Under the pieces are notes generated by a model. That model saw nothing but the letters and a program-made list of their open reading frames with translations, did no database searches and was not told where the DNA came from. A stretch of 62,917 nucleotides of DNA, filler included, from Folioceros fuciformis (lineage: Eukaryota), in NCBI GenBank assembly GCA_049999805.1. It is 10 parts of 10 records of this genome, joined end to end, with 100 filler letters (N's around TTAATTAATTAA, not from the genome) between each part and the next. Parts side by side here need not be neighbours in the genome. Positions count along the whole stretch, not along the records: positions 20,806 to 25,510 come from JBNGIO010001674.1; positions 25,611 to 41,825 come from JBNGIO010001675.1; 8 more parts are not named here. One strand, given 5' to 3'. Every line of letters starts with the position of its first letter. Position 1 is the first letter of the stretch. Shown here piece by piece: positions 25,057 through 38,686 of this stretch. The translations under genes were made by a program, and so were the position numbers.

Positions 25057-25220
25057 GGAGTGCGTCGGTAGACCGGTGCACTACCCCCCAATCTACATCG
25101 TTTCGTGTGAAAGTGGCTGGAGTGCGCCGTTAGACCGGCGCACTCCAACCACTTTCACTCGAAACAATGGAAAACAAAGACCCATTCACCAGAGTGTGGC
25201 TGGGGTGCGCCGGTCTACCA
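25057..25220. repeat. Nested inverted repeats (34-bp-arm hairpin plus related palindromic motifs), likely DNA-transposon terminal region
   Basis: Arms 25096-25129 and 25136-25169 differ at 3 positions. Related GGAGTGCGYCGGTAGACCGG motifs occur at 25057-25085 and 25202-25219. Confidence 0.8.
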
Positions 25221-25743
25221 GGGTGTGAACCTCCAAAGTTTGGGGTAGTAGTTTGTTTTGGTTGAAAAAGGGTTAATAGTGGTATGGTTTGGTTTTCTTT
25301 TTCAACTTATTTTCCCTAATTTTCCTTGATTTTCTGATCATTTTTCCTATTTTTCTTTGTGTTAATTAGGTTAATTGACCAGGAAATAGTTGGTTTGGTT
25401 ATAGGAGTGGGTATAGGTTTGGTCCCAGACCTGGGAAGGTTTAGGTTCGGTACCAGGCCATAGGGTTGGGTGATTAGTTTAATATTAATTAAAGGTATAT
25501 AATATTAAATNNNNNNNNNNNNNNNNNNNNNNNNNNNNNNNNNNNNNNNNNNNNTTAATTAATTAANNNNNNNNNNNNNNNNNNNNNNNNNNNNNNNNNN
25601 NNNNNNNNNNGCTCTCTAGGTCTGCTGAGAGGGCGTTGTCTGTGCTCGTGTACGCACATTTGGTGGGTTGGGTATGAGTGCGAGTGGATGGCTGGTGGCC
25701 GAGTTTGTCTAGGGCTGGTTGCTGATTGGTTTTGTGTCAGCAG

Positions 25744-27774
25744 ATGCCGTTGCGGACGCAGACAAAGCTATCGAATTGGACCCCACGTTCTGGAAGGCTT
25801 ACTACCGGAAGGGGTACGTGAAGTTCGGTGTTGTTTGAGCACTTTATGGGTACCTGAATTTGTGTATTGTCCGACGTGAATGGCACCTGATTTTTGGTTG
25901 AGACTGGTGGGTCATTGGATCAGGATCGCTTTGCAGAAGTTGAAGGAGCACGCAAAAGCTAAAGCTGCGTTTGAGGCTGGTCTGGCAGCCAACCCAGAGT
26001 ATCCCAAGTTCAAGACGTTGATAGCAATATGTGATTCAAGGATAAATGGTAATCAATCTTTGATTATCCCCACCCTTGCGGTTCCAGAGATTGTCAAGTT
26101 GGGTGCTGCCAAGTTCGAGTTGTGGTGGTCCTCTACATCCTGAAAGCAACTCATAGGTCTGCAATTGGTTTGTTCAGGGGCTACTACTCCTGTGAATGGT
26201 GCACCGTCGGTAGATGGCTCTCACCCTACCACAGATGCAGACGACACCTCAATCGTCACCCCTCCAGCAGTGTCAGCAACCTCCTCCTCCACCACCTCCT
26301 CAGTTGCTCGAGCTGCAGCTGTTCAGGCCCCTGTGCAGCCGAAGTTCAGGTGTGGGTTTTTGTTCTCTCAAATATTTCCTTGCCTGTCTTGGCTGTTTTC
26401 TACTCTGCTTGGGAATTCTCCACCCTTGGCTGCTGAGTCTTCCTTTGCATCTCTGGTGACTGAGTCGAATAACTGTGTAGAGGGCAAAGATGTCTTCTAC
26501 CATGGCACACTTTGTTGTTGTTTGTGCTTCTTGTTTGTCTCTCGAGCTTCAAGATATTTTTAACTTAGAGATCATGGGTGTCTTCTCTTTTGTTGGTTAA
26601 CAGACACTCCTATTATCAGGGAACAGGATATGTGGTTGTTACCATATACGCAAAAGGTGTGAGCAAGGAGCAAGTGAAGGTCGACTTTGGCGAACAAGTG
26701 GTACGTCACATTACAGCTTATAGATGTGTTCCCTGATAATGAGATGAATTGTCTTGGTATGTGTGATATTGGGATAACGTGCTGACTGAAGTGTTCCCCG
26801 GCGGAAACAAGTGGGCTTGGCTTTCTCACAGCTTTGCTCCCTGTTTTTTCTGTAGTTGAGTGTTGTGATAACGGTTGGCGACAGTGAACCGTATGCTCTG
26901 CAACTTCGTCTTTTTGGTAAAGTAAGGACTCTTTACTTGCTTTTCTGCCTCCAGAGGCCAAGTAGTTTGTGCTCAGCCAACAGGAATCTCTAAGGACTCG
27001 CACGCCTGCGCCTTGTTACCAGATCGTGGTTTCTGAGTGCAAAGTAGCGATATTAAGCACAAAGGTTGACATAACTTTGGTGAAAGCGGACAGCATCCAG
27101 TGGAAGCAACTGGAGTACTCATCCCAGGCGTTGTTACCACCAGTTGCCGGTACAGTCACGGACTCTGGATTGCCAATGCAAACTTCCTTCTGTGCATGAT
27201 AATGACCGCTGAGCACGTGAAAGGAAGTTTTGGTCATCATTACCTGTTGAGTTGGCTTGTAGAGGTGAAACCGGTGAATGCGCAATACCCGTCTTCCAGC
27301 AGGAGAGGGAAGAAGGACTGGGATAAGCTGGAGTCAGAGGTGAAAAAAGAGGTTAAGAATCACAGTTACCCAATCGACGGTGATCATGGTTAGTTAGCTT
27401 GTCAGTGAGTTTGCCTGCTGATTAGTTTCACATTGCCTGCGGACAGGAAAAGGATGAAAAGCTGGAAGGTGACGCTGCCTTGAACAAGCTATTCCGTGAG
27501 ATCTACTCAGGTGCAGATGAGGATACTAGGAGGGCAATGAACAAATCCTACGTAAGTTCCTCTCTCCCTCACACCGTCTCAGCGCTCATTGGGGTGGATG
27601 CCCTGTTGCCAGAAATTGAGTCGGGTGAAGTTTGCCTTCAAGATCCCCTATTGAAGTGTGGGCACCTAACAGGTGGAGTCCAATGGAACTGTCCTGTCCA
27701 CCAACTGGAATGATGTTGGTTCCAAAAAGGTGGTGAGCAGCCCACCGCAAGGCATGGAGGCTAAGAAATGGTAG
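25744..27774 (+). CDS. SGT1: SGT1 co-chaperone (TPR-CS-SGS), 5'-truncated
   Basis: [14 protein letters not shown] (TPR); [10 protein letters not shown] and [22 protein letters not shown] (CS); [39 protein letters not shown] and [10 protein letters not shown] (SGS). Confidence 0.96.
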
Positions 27775-29488
27775 TCAGAACCCGCTCTTCGCTACAGGAA
27801 GCTCATTTGCTGAAATCCTCGTACTTTCTGACTTTGAGCTGGTGTTCATATAGTAGATGGCTGTACTTTGTGTTGGTAGTGGACTAAACGTTGCATGCCA
27901 TCCTAAAAATTTCCCAAAAACCTGGCGAGAGGAACACGCCCTAGTTGTCTTGTGCACGCATCCGCCTTTTCATCGTCCTTCAGAGTTCACATGCTTGGCA
28001 GCGAAAAAGAACAAGGCCCGGATGGTGCCCACGAACGCACCCATACACACTCTCACGTGGGCTGGCCCCACTTTATGGCAGGGATCCTGATCTTGGAGGA
28101 TTGGCAAAGTTCGCAGTAACGACTAGGGTCTGGTCCCCATCATTTCTGCAAAAGCGCAAAGTCGTGTCTGAAAAACCTCCAAGCGATACACGCTGTAACT
28201 AAGTACACTCACCGACAAGGGGAAGTGTTAAATCCACATGGGACAAACCACTGTAGGATTCAGGTGTGAACCTTGCAGGCGGACATGATCGTCATCAGGC
28301 TCTACAGTCCTGCTATCATTCCAAGCGTCGTGGTGGCAATCTTCAGAGTCGTATTTCCGGTATTACACCTGCCAATCGACTTACGGAGGTGGTCTGCTAG
28401 AAATAAACAGCACGCACTCTCAGCAGTGCACTCTCAGCAGTGCACTCCAGCAACTTGTTCTGGGTTGTGGACCACGGACCATGCCGAGCCTGTGCTACCA
28501 ACGCTGCGGCGCCGCGACAGTGTCTCAAACGCCGCAAGACCTACAGTATGTACGGCGCGTCACTTCTGTGAAACCGAGAGGAAGGTGCGAAGGAAATTGC
28601 GGCAGGGGCCCCGCCAGATGGCCGAATACTGATCGATGCATAACTCAGCTCCTCATTCCCATAGGCTGCTCCCAGATTGGTTGAAAAAGAGGATCGTCCC
28701 GCATGTTGCCGCGAGTGGACAGCCTGTAATCAGGACAGAACGCACGCTGATGCAATTTCATGAACCACAAGGCACGATCCAGGAAGAGAATGGATCTGTC
28801 TTTAAGTGAGTTGGCCGGTTCCAAATCCACACGTTTCTGCAGGGCAGAGCGAACACTCGCATCAGGATGACCTAGTCATGCCTTCACTGCTCGGAGTCCA
28901 ATTCACATGTACGCTGCCGATTGCCATCCAGATCTCCGACAGGACCCTTTCTTTCTGGAGCTAAAATACAAGACAAATGGAAACAGGTGATCCATGGCAG
29001 CTTTAGCCGGCTCCAAGTGCTCCTCACACGTATCTGTGGAAAGAGAAAGACTCTCCAAGCTTGCGCTTGGAAGCTGCTTTCAATCTGGTGGAAGAGGAAG
29101 ATGAATTAGCGACTTGGCTATTCGCCATTCTGCTTTCACACGCTCGGGCACGCTGCACTCTCCTCGCCATAGGTAGCCTTACCGGTAAGTTGCTGGGAGA
29201 GGAAAAGAATTCAGTACCTGAGACAACTTCTGCTTGATGATGAACGTCAAACAATCTACACCTACTCCAATAAAGCGGTGGGAATAGTGGGAGGGAGGCG
29301 GCGGATTCCTCCTCCAGATTTGCATCTCCCCACACTAGAGGCAACGGGCATGCGGCAGGGTGGGGTAGGCAAGGAATGCGCCAGAAGATGGGAAACTGTT
29401 TTTTTTTGCTTTTGTTTTGTTGTGTTTTGAAGGCGTCGTGTCCGGCTCGAGTCTAGGTACGTACCACGGTTGAGCTCCTGAGGGGATG

Positions 29489-30382
29489 TATGGCATACTA
29501 CAGAGGACAGAGGGGAGGTGTCAGAATTCTTTCTTAACACACCATGGCTCATGGCCACTGTGACGCATAGGATGAATAGATTGTTGTTCAAAGGAAAATC
29601 CCACAACGGACATCCTCCATCGTCCAAGAAAAAAAATCTCTCAAACCTTGACGCCTCCCTTTCACCCCCGACTGTTCCTTTCACATCATTCGCGACGTAG
29701 CGGGGGAAGGATGAGGATCAGGGGGATTTGTTGAAGGGCCAACACACGCTGCGAGGGAGAGTTGAGGACGGGGGTGGGGATCAGATGAAAGAGCCAGAGC
29801 AAGCTAGATTCTACTTGAATGCAGCCTTGCGGTAAGTAGAGGCCCTTGAATGGGTGTCGAAAGGGATCTCTGTGCCACATGGGGCTTCAAAAACGATGCT
29901 TGAAATGAGATAGGGGAGGGCGGTCCTGGATAAACGCTATGATTGAGGCAGGCCTCAATCACTGGCGGTGGCGAGAGATCTCGCGAGGCCCCCCCTTAGA
30001 AATGTCTCGTTTATCTGTCCCGGGACACGGGCCGCAAGCCCTGCAATAATGTAGTCAGACATAAGGGCATTAGGTGCGTGCCGGTGTCACAGGCTCACGG
30101 TCTAATTCAGAGGAAATGAGAGCATGAGCTGCGAGGGGCTGAGACCATGGAGAAGAAACCGTGAAGTGTGTCAAACACTGGAACCCTTTTATCTTCTCTT
30201 AGATGAAACGCGCACAATTCTGAAAGCATGGCCGCTGTGGGTGTACTGACCTCTTCAGGGAAGGCCCCGCAGCCGACAGTTCTCCACAGTGACGAACATA
30301 GATAGGTGTATCCTATGAGATCCCCAGGGAGATAAGTGCTAAAATTCTGACACCTCCCCTCTATCCGCTGTGGTATGCCATA
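29489..30382. mobile_element. Non-autonomous TIR DNA element (about 894 bp)
   Basis: 40-bp inverted termini at 29489-29528 and 30343-30382 (3 mismatches), flanked by the direct repeat GGGATG (29483-29488 and 30383-30388). No transposase inside. Confidence 0.8.
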
Positions 30383-32295
30383 GGGATGTCCGAAAGCATG
30401 TTCTCGATGAGTGTGAGGGGAGTGCTAGAGGCTTCTGCATTCCTTTCCTAGATATTCACAATAGGTAAAGCTCGGAGATGATATTAAATACTTTTGGTAA
30501 CGAGAACAGGATTAACAGCCGCAAAAAGGTGACAAACATTAGTCCCACTTACAGGTGATGCCCTTGTGCTCAAGGCTCCTTGTCCTCGTCCACATCCTTG
30601 AGCTAATGGTAGGAGCGGGTGCAACGTCGTCTGCATCGTAGTACCAAACGACTTTTACGAAATGTAGGGACCCCATGTCGTCACCACACATTCGATCGCC
30701 AACCCGTTATCGTTTCAGCGAGGGACACACCTCAAAAGCCTGGAAGGCTACAAAAGGTCTCTGGTGCATCTACCGGTACGCAGTACCTTGCCATGGAAAC
30801 AGCTGACAGGCCATATATCATACCATTTCCTGAACCGTGGCAATTAAGCCTTGGGCTTCTTTTTATGTAGGACGGTTGGAAAGATTTATGAGACAAATGT
30901 ACTTGTACCACCTCCAGTCACTATCCATAGCACATTCATGACCACAACGATCATTGCACATGGACAGTGCGCCAACAGAAATTCCTCATCAAGGATATTG
31001 ATGCAGTAAGGTATACATACATTCACAAAAAAAGATTCCCACACTACTGCGGGGACCCAGGCGAAACAGCTTGCTTACAGCAAAGCAGGGACCACAATGC
31101 AGGCCCTGACAGGAATCGATCACGGATGCCATACCTTGGATCCAGCGCCCGCGAGCTTCTAAGCACCGAGCTTTTGAATGCAGAACCATGGAGAAGGCGG
31201 TCCCGGCTCCACACTCTGCTACCACACTGGTTAAAGATCGCAATTCGCAGGCCTTGAAGCCAGGTTTCGTCACGTGTGTACGATGACACTCCAGAAACCA
31301 GACCGCGCTATAGCCTCTTAGAATGATCTTAGAAACCTTGGTTCCAATCAGCTCAGGACGTCACAGGCCCTCCGATCGTCGAACAACCGTCATGAGCTGA
31401 ATGGAATCAAGAGCTCGAAGAGAATTCTTAGAGAACATATCGCGGTCTGTTGCAGCTATTTCTCCAGCCTCCAGTCGAATGCTCTGAAATGAGACGAATC
31501 CATCCACCAAGTAGTGAACTTGCGACAGATCTTCAGGCCCTTGGATCAGCAGCTCCAACAAAGTGGAGCGTGACGATCCTCTCGCACAGGCAACCAAGAT
31601 TTGAGAACTTCCTCACAACAAGAGACAAAGAAGAGCGCAAGATGGCTGGAAACTGAGACAGCAGCCAAGAACTTTTTCAGAAAACTGGCTCGACAAGGAC
31701 GACTACAAAACACGCTGTCTCGTCGTCTGAGAAGAAGCTGTCACAAGATCGTGCAGGCACGATTACCATAGGTCGCACAAAACTGGAAGATGCAGCAGTT
31801 GCGTAATCTAGACGGCGGATGCTGCGACGCGGAAGGGAAAGCGGAATATGCTCGATGAAAAGCTCGGCCTAGCCGCCCGCCGCCCTAGGAAGGATCGCAG
31901 TGTGACAAAAGAGCTGGCGCTGGCGGTGCGGGGGCAGTAACGCCAGAAATCTGCTGCGGAAATTGAGGACTCCGGGTGCGAACTCGGAGGAAGCGAAGAG
32001 TGATGTGTGAGCTGTTGAACCAACCTATGAAGGTGAAGAGAGCAGGCTCTCGTACCGGTTCCGGTAATAATTCAAAGGCGTGACGTACCCGCTGCCCTGG
32101 ATGTACCACCAACTGAAGCGACCCTTTGAGCGAGTGAGTGGAGCAAATTTGTGCCAGACTGGTTCCAGCCTGGTCTCCGGAGCCGGAGCCGGTGCTGGCG
32201 CGGTGATTGGAAGCAAGAAGTAGAAGCAGGCGAAGCTTGGCGTGCTGCTGGCGGGCTGGACGCTGTGGATCGAGTGAACAGGGATGCCGCGATAG

Positions 32296-33746
32296 ATGGA
32301 TGGCCATCGCCCCGGGAGGCTCAGTCATCATGAGCGGGAGCCGATCAAGCAGGCGCGTGTCTATACTGTTTGCGATGAATCCAGGTCTGTTCTATCGCGT
32401 TTTGCTAGCCGGATGATTTGGAACCCTAGGTGTCTTGCAATTGTTGTGGTGACGGAGTTATTTCGATGTGCCGCAGATATTTGATTGTGAGGAACGTGCC
32501 TGCCTTGAAGTGTGCGGATGATCTGCGGAACTTGTTTGCGCGTCACGGGGACATCGCGGAGTGAGTTCCTCTTGCCTGACGCCGGGCTTCGCTTGTGCGG
32601 CTTTGTGAAGTTGAGCAGGTTGAATTCCGGTGCAGGTTCAGGCGGTTGGATGAGGAAGACTGTGAGCCTTTTACCGAATCGTATTGGATTAAGTTTGCGA
32701 AAATTAGCAATGCCAGGTAGCGATCTTTGGTGTTTTGCAACTCCTCCAGATGTGTTGGCCTGCAATGCAATTCGTGATCTCATTTTAAGGTGCAACTCCT
32801 AGTGCAGATTTGCCAAGAGAAAGCTTGATGACTGCAACTTCCTGAGCAACTTGTTGAAGGTCTCATATGCTCCAGAGTATGAGACACTGGAAGACACACA
32901 AGAAAAGCTAGAAGAAAGGCGGAGCGACGTCCTCCGCCACGGGAGAGTGAACTGTATGTCCCATGACGGCTGTCCATATGAGCCTTCTTTGCATATGGTC
33001 TGGTCACTCATTCGCCATTTCTTATTTTTCTACGCAGCAGCAGTAAGTTATCCAGGTTTGAGGCTGCCGGCATCGAAGCCAATTACGGAACATGAAATTC
33101 CTGGTCAAGACCCCCTGTTGGCTTCATATCTTTCAAGCTCTGTGCGTAAACACTACTACGCACCAGATCCTTCGCAACACCGCGTAGCCACGACAATATT
33201 GTAAGTTCGTCACGTGTTTTTTGATTTGCTGGAACACCGGAAACCATGGCCCTGCTCTTGGCCGCAGATTAATCTGCTTCCGGTTCTCCATGAGGTGACC
33301 CGCTGGTAGGCATGATTCAGACACAGAAATACCTTGGCTGGAGAGCAAATCCAGGCGGCAGGCGCAGACACGAACACACAGGTTGGCCATGACGCCATTT
33401 GCCTCCTTCAATTTATTTTTTCCTTCCTGTTACATGCTTAACCTCGCGCATGCTTCTAATGCAGCTGCTCACCCCGTCTATGCACGAAACGGTACAGTCA
33501 GTGAGGCACAAGTTGAATCAGGTGAGCGTACCGCCGTGGCTCCATGTTAGCAACGCAGTTGCCCCTCCTTTGATGCTTATCCAATGAAAATAATGCAGCT
33601 TTTTCTCAATAGATTGTCAGCACAGAAAGACATCTACCGGTCCATACTCCTGCGGCGGACACGCATTTGCCACCGGCAGGACAACCTAGCGCCAGAAACA
33701 CAGCACCTGCAAAGCGACCAAGACTGGACAATCGCAGACGGATATA
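32296..33746 (+). CDS. RBM48: RNA-binding protein 48 (RRM; minor-spliceosome factor)
   Basis: Spliced exons give RVYTVCDESR|YLIVRNVPAL, DEEDCEPFTESYWIKF, NAR|FAKRKLDD..KVSYAPEYETLEDTQEKLEERR, SMHETVQSVRHKL and C-terminal RLDNRRRI*. Confidence 0.9.
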
Positions 33747-33864
33747 ACAAAAGGAGTTTCCAACTTTATTCTTCCACCTGTGGCATCAAATTGTTGCACG
33801 ACTTGTGATGCCTCGTCAGATTGTCCAACAGCGTGCACTTGTTGCAGTGTCGCACGCCGCTACG

Positions 33865-34722
33865 TCACGCTACCACCTTGCTCCCTCGTATGATAAACTC
33901 CCTAATCTCCTCACTGCTCGCCCTGTCAACAGCGGTGCGGCCCTCGACGTCCGTAACGTCGCTCCTGGCACCCGCCCTGAGCAACTCCTCGATCTTGGGC
34001 CGGTCCCCTTCCGAGGCCGCGAGCAGCAGCAGGATGTCTACGGGATGGATGCCTTTGCCCAGCAGCGCCTCCATCTTGTCGTAGGTGCCTTCCGTGGCCA
34101 GCATACCCATGTAGTTGAAATACTACAACCCAACAAGAACCGAACCGATCAAAGCTTAGCGACTTACAACCCTTCAACTCACAACTTTCGTGTCTTCCTT
34201 CCATTCACCAGCAGCTTCGGCTGGCTCTCGTCTCAAACGCACCTGCTCCACATCGTCGCGGTCGAATTCATCCCTCCCCTGGCTGGCGTAGATCCCGGCC
34301 CCCTCCGAGTCCAACCCCCGGTTCCCGAACTTGAACCAGGCGGTCACCCTAGTCCTCCCCTGAGCTCCGATCGCCCGTGCTCCTCCTCTTCTCGATCCTA
34401 AGTATGGCACGCTGCCACACCACGCAAAACCAGCTTCAGCGTAAGACGGCAAAGCAGCCGCGCGCAGCAGCAAGCACGGCCATGGCCACCTCACAGGCGG
34501 CGTACTTACCGGCTACATTTCAAGCCCGAATATCGCACCCGACTGCAGCAGATACCATCCGCCGCCTGCCCTGCCGCAGCTGCCTTCCAACCTGCAGAAA
34601 GTTTCAGTCCAGTCTGTGAAGGAACAAGAAACAACGCTCGCATGCCACTCGTGCTCAAGCTCCAGCATGTCTTTCTCACCGACACAATGCACAGTCCAAG
34701 CCGACGCGGAAGACATGGCCAT
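33865..34722 (-). CDS. LTD: LHCP translocation defect ankyrin protein (LTD/GDC1); start position approximate
   Basis: AWFKFG..GAGIYASQGRDEFDRDDVEQ|YFNYMGMLATEGTYDKMEALL..HPVDILLLLAASEGDRPKIEELLRAGA. Confidence 0.9.
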
Positions 34723-35005
34723 GCCTCGGTCTCGTGTCTCTCGTCACACACGGTCGCACAGGAGCTGCTGCAACGCCCTCCCCTTCCTTTCCTTTCACCG
34801 ACCTCGAGGCGAGAAGGCTCTGCTGTTTAGAAGTAGATAATGAAGAAAACAAGCCGTCAAATATCGGATGTCTGGATTGTTCACGTCTGAGCGAGAATGC
34901 CTCGCCCGCAGGCCGTTGCATTGGATCCACCACAGCCGATGTTCTTGGCTACAAAAACGGTGCTCTCAGGCTTGCTGATCCGGAATAAGAAAAACGCAAA
35001 GCCTA

Positions 35006-37622
35006 CTACTTCTTCCTCAGAGCGCTCACAGCCTTTTTGGCAGCGTCGTCCAGATCTTCAGCAGTGATGATCGTCAGCCCACTTTCCTGCACCGGCGGCG
35101 GGGCATCAGCGCGCTGTGCAAGTTGCAGCACAGTGTGGTGGTGGTTTTGAGCGGCGGCTGGGAAGGTTAGGAGTTCTACCTTGAGGATTGTCTTGCCAAT
35201 ATCGACGTTGGTGCCTTCAAGCCGGACAACCAAGGGCACCTTCAAGTCCACCTGGGGTTCGTTGACAGCAAGGGGTTCAGGCTCTGCACGATGCATCTTG
35301 ACAAGCAGGAGATGGAGCAGTGATGAACCTGTTTTGCAGCGCTCACGATTCCGCTGGCGATTACATCGCACTTCATGATGCCTCCGAAGATGTTCACCAG
35401 AATGGCCTTAACCTTCGGGTCAGCTGTCAGAATCTTGAAAGCTTGCACCACCTGTAGAGCCAGGGTTTGGTCGCATGTGAGCAGGAGATTCGTGTTCGGC
35501 CATGCAGGGTTGGGGTAAAAGGATGCTGGAAATGTACCTGGCTTTCAGACGCATTACCCCCGACGTCGAGGAAATTTGCTGGTGTTCCACCGTGCAACTT
35601 AATGATGTCCATGGTGGCCATGGCTAATCCGGCTCCATTCACCATGCAACCGATCTCCCCGTCCAAGCCGATGTAGTTCAAATCTGATTCTGCTGCAGCA
35701 ACCTGCTTGGAACAGATATCCTGCTGCTTAGAAGATGATCTCCACCTCACACCCCTACTTGTGCAAAACAACGAAAGCGATTCCCCCAATGCACCTCTCT
35801 GGAATCCTCCTGAGATTTGTCCCGCATGGCAAATATATCCTTGTGGCGGAAACTTGCATTGTCATCAAAGTTGAGTTTCGCATCCGCGGAGACCAAGCGC
35901 CCGTCATCAGTTTCTGCCATCGGGTTCACCTGAGCCAGAGACACCACCAACCATCAATCTCAGACTAAGCTTTCACCATGAGCCAGCCAAGCTATTGGAA
36001 ACGAGTCAGCCTTTCTTACTTCGACCAAAGTGCAGTCCCCTTCACTGAAAAGCTTGTACAACGCCTTCACTTGTTCAACGCATTGCTCCCGATCAGCGTG
36101 CTTGGGACTCAGCCCATCTACAACCTGTGCAGCCTGATCATCTGTGATGCCGGCATTGATGTCAACAGGAACCTGCAGTTGTGGAACGCTGTCATTCCTT
36201 CTCCGGCAAATATCACATCCTCCTGAACCACGATGCGCAATTCCAGCCAATTGAAGCAATAAGACTGAAGCTACCTTGGCGTACCTTAATTATCATGTCA
36301 GGATACTTTTCGGCCAGGTCCTCTATGCTTGTACCTCCCTTGCTGCAAACAATAATAACCTTATTCCACCAAGAAGTAGAACATTAGAATCAAATCCATG
36401 CACACAGAATTGCACATGTTACGAGGTGTCCAACCCACTTGAAGGGCAACTGCATCAGGTTGGAAGCTTACAGGGCCTGCACTTGCACGATCCAATGCGA
36501 TGGCGAAATACATCTCATTCACTAGATTCAGCTTCTCACATAGGTAGACCTACATGAGGCGGGAGACAAGTCAGAAATCCCCGATTTGACAACAACCAAG
36601 AAGGGTAGCCATGCAACAGCCCCCAACAGCAGCCAACTCTACTCAGTGCCCAGAACCCGGTCACTTCTAACCTTGTTGACAGGCTTCCCTTGCGGACCGG
36701 TTTGCTTAGTGACAAGTATCTGCCCGAGCATCTTTCCTGTAAGATAGATGGTAACAACGATGAACATGAGCACTTCAGCTCGTGGCAGCAACCAAGCACT
36801 TCCCACCAAGGGCAGACGCTCACCTGCAACTGTCTCCACCTCGCTAGTTGGCACAACATGAACTCCACCCTTAAACCCATTCTTGAACGTGCCAAGACCT
36901 CTGCCACCAGCTAAAATTTGGCTCTTGACAACTAGCTGCCTCAGGATTCCCACAGAACACACCCTGTCAACACATTATACGTAACCTCCAATGGGTAACT
37001 TGTTACCAACTAGGAGCTTCACACACCACAAGAGGCCAGCTGACTCCTCTTCTACGGAACGTTAATTACTTCCGTACCTGCTGACTGTCGGGAAAGTTTT
37101 GGCGGATAGCCTTTTGAATTTCAGCCTTATTGCTCACGACAACTCCTTTTGGAACCTGGACTCCAAATCCTTTCATGATCTCCGAGGACTATCACAAAAG
37201 AAAGTCAGAATTCACACAGATGTTTTGCAGGACATGATAACGAGCGACACAGAGAACCACACAACCGATCGAATGCATCCAAAGACCAGTATCTCAGCAT
37301 AGCCTACAACACAATGCTTTCAACTGCACCATAACCTATTCCGTAAACAACGCACACTCCCCTAATTCGACACTCTCGCCCGCACCCACGATCCAGCCAG
37401 CCAAATCAAACAGACACCACAAGGCAACCGACAACACACACGATGAGAATGAATCACCTGGTACTCATGGACATTGAGATACCGAGCCTGTTGCTGCTGC
37501 CATGACTTCTGCCCCTCCACAGCCCCGGACGCAGCTGCAGCAGGATAATGAGATGCCAAAGAGCTCTGGGCGACAGCCGCAGCCGTCCTGGCCACAACTC
37601 TGCTGATCGTGCCCCTCACCAT
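35006..37622 (-). CDS. Succinyl-CoA ligase beta subunit, mitochondrial
   Basis: [81 protein letters not shown] and VVRLEGTN. Confidence 0.97.
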
Positions 37623-38686
37623 TTCGATTTCCCTTTACAGCCACACAAAGAGCGGAACTGGGCAGAGTCTGAACAGAACGACCTCTCCAGCCCAGCAACG
37701 TCCCTCGCCTGGCTCTCTGAAAGACCGAAGGTCTTGGACACGCAATGACGGGGAATCTGCTGGTCCGCCAAGTGACCACAAAAGCAAAACACAATGTGCT
37801 TAAATAAGAATCGACCTCCGAAATCCAGGGCCTGCAAACCTCCAGATCCAGTGCGTACTGTACCTCGACCCAGCCCCTCGGCAGCAGAGACTTGGCAGCA
37901 ACCCGACGCAGGGCATAGATGGAGCGTCATGTAAATGATAATTATATACTTATGCCTGACTACATACATATTCCACTGTCTTAACCCTGGTTATATTGAC
38001 CTACGGTTAGATAAGCAAAACGGGTCAGTCCTTTCGCCGGGACGGAGCGAGCATGTCCTGTCCTGGGACATGCTGCTCTGGTGGTCCCCGGACACCGTCT
38101 GAATTCGGTGCTCAGAAACGCATGCGAGGGAGGCGATGAAGGGAAGTAGGTTTCGTTCGGAGAGGAAGGGATTTCTCTGGAAGATGCAGCTTTTGGTGTG
38201 ATATGTACATGTAAATGTAAACGCGTAAAGACAGGAAGGTGTGACCGACTTCCCAGATGGCTTGCAGGAAGGTGTGGCATTCGGCTTGCGAAATGGCTTC
38301 CAAAATATCGGCTCTTGGTTCCTTGATTTTCCAGACAAGCGTGCACATCCGGCAACTTGCTGGCTTCAGGATCAGGCAGGTGAAGCCTGCCTGTGGGAAA
38401 TCTATGGATGGGTTCCAGTTTGGAGAACCCAATTAGGTGCCGTGCTTCCGTAAGGCTGGCGAGTCTGTCTTGGTTGGGCGCCCTGTCCAATCCCTGCGCC
38501 TGCGGCATGTATGTGGAGAGAGCTGTTTCTGCAAAACTGAGCAGGAGATGCTCATGTCCTGATTCCAGGATGTCGTGTGAAATTCTGGCTTCGGTTTGCG
38601 TACTCGGCGTTTCTCAAGGAGTGTACACGAAGAGATTGGGTGGAGCTGGTCGTGCGACAAGGAGATAGTGCGACTTGCGTCCCATC

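Noticed and set aside
23690-25276. piggyBac-like ends (AAAGGGTTTAA at about 23694, AAAGGGTTAA at about 25267) around the MTase
   Set aside because: Both face the same way, there is no inverted partner, and such short motifs are expected in AT-rich DNA.
28200-32250. Protein-coding genes from the many short ORFs between SGT1 and RBM48
   Set aside because: No recognisable motifs or consistent exon chain. Only the TIR element is supported.
33805-34401. 198-aa plus-strand ORF (similarly 16887-17513, 45397-45963 and 23729-24226)
   Set aside because: These are shadow or alternate frames of identified coding sequences.
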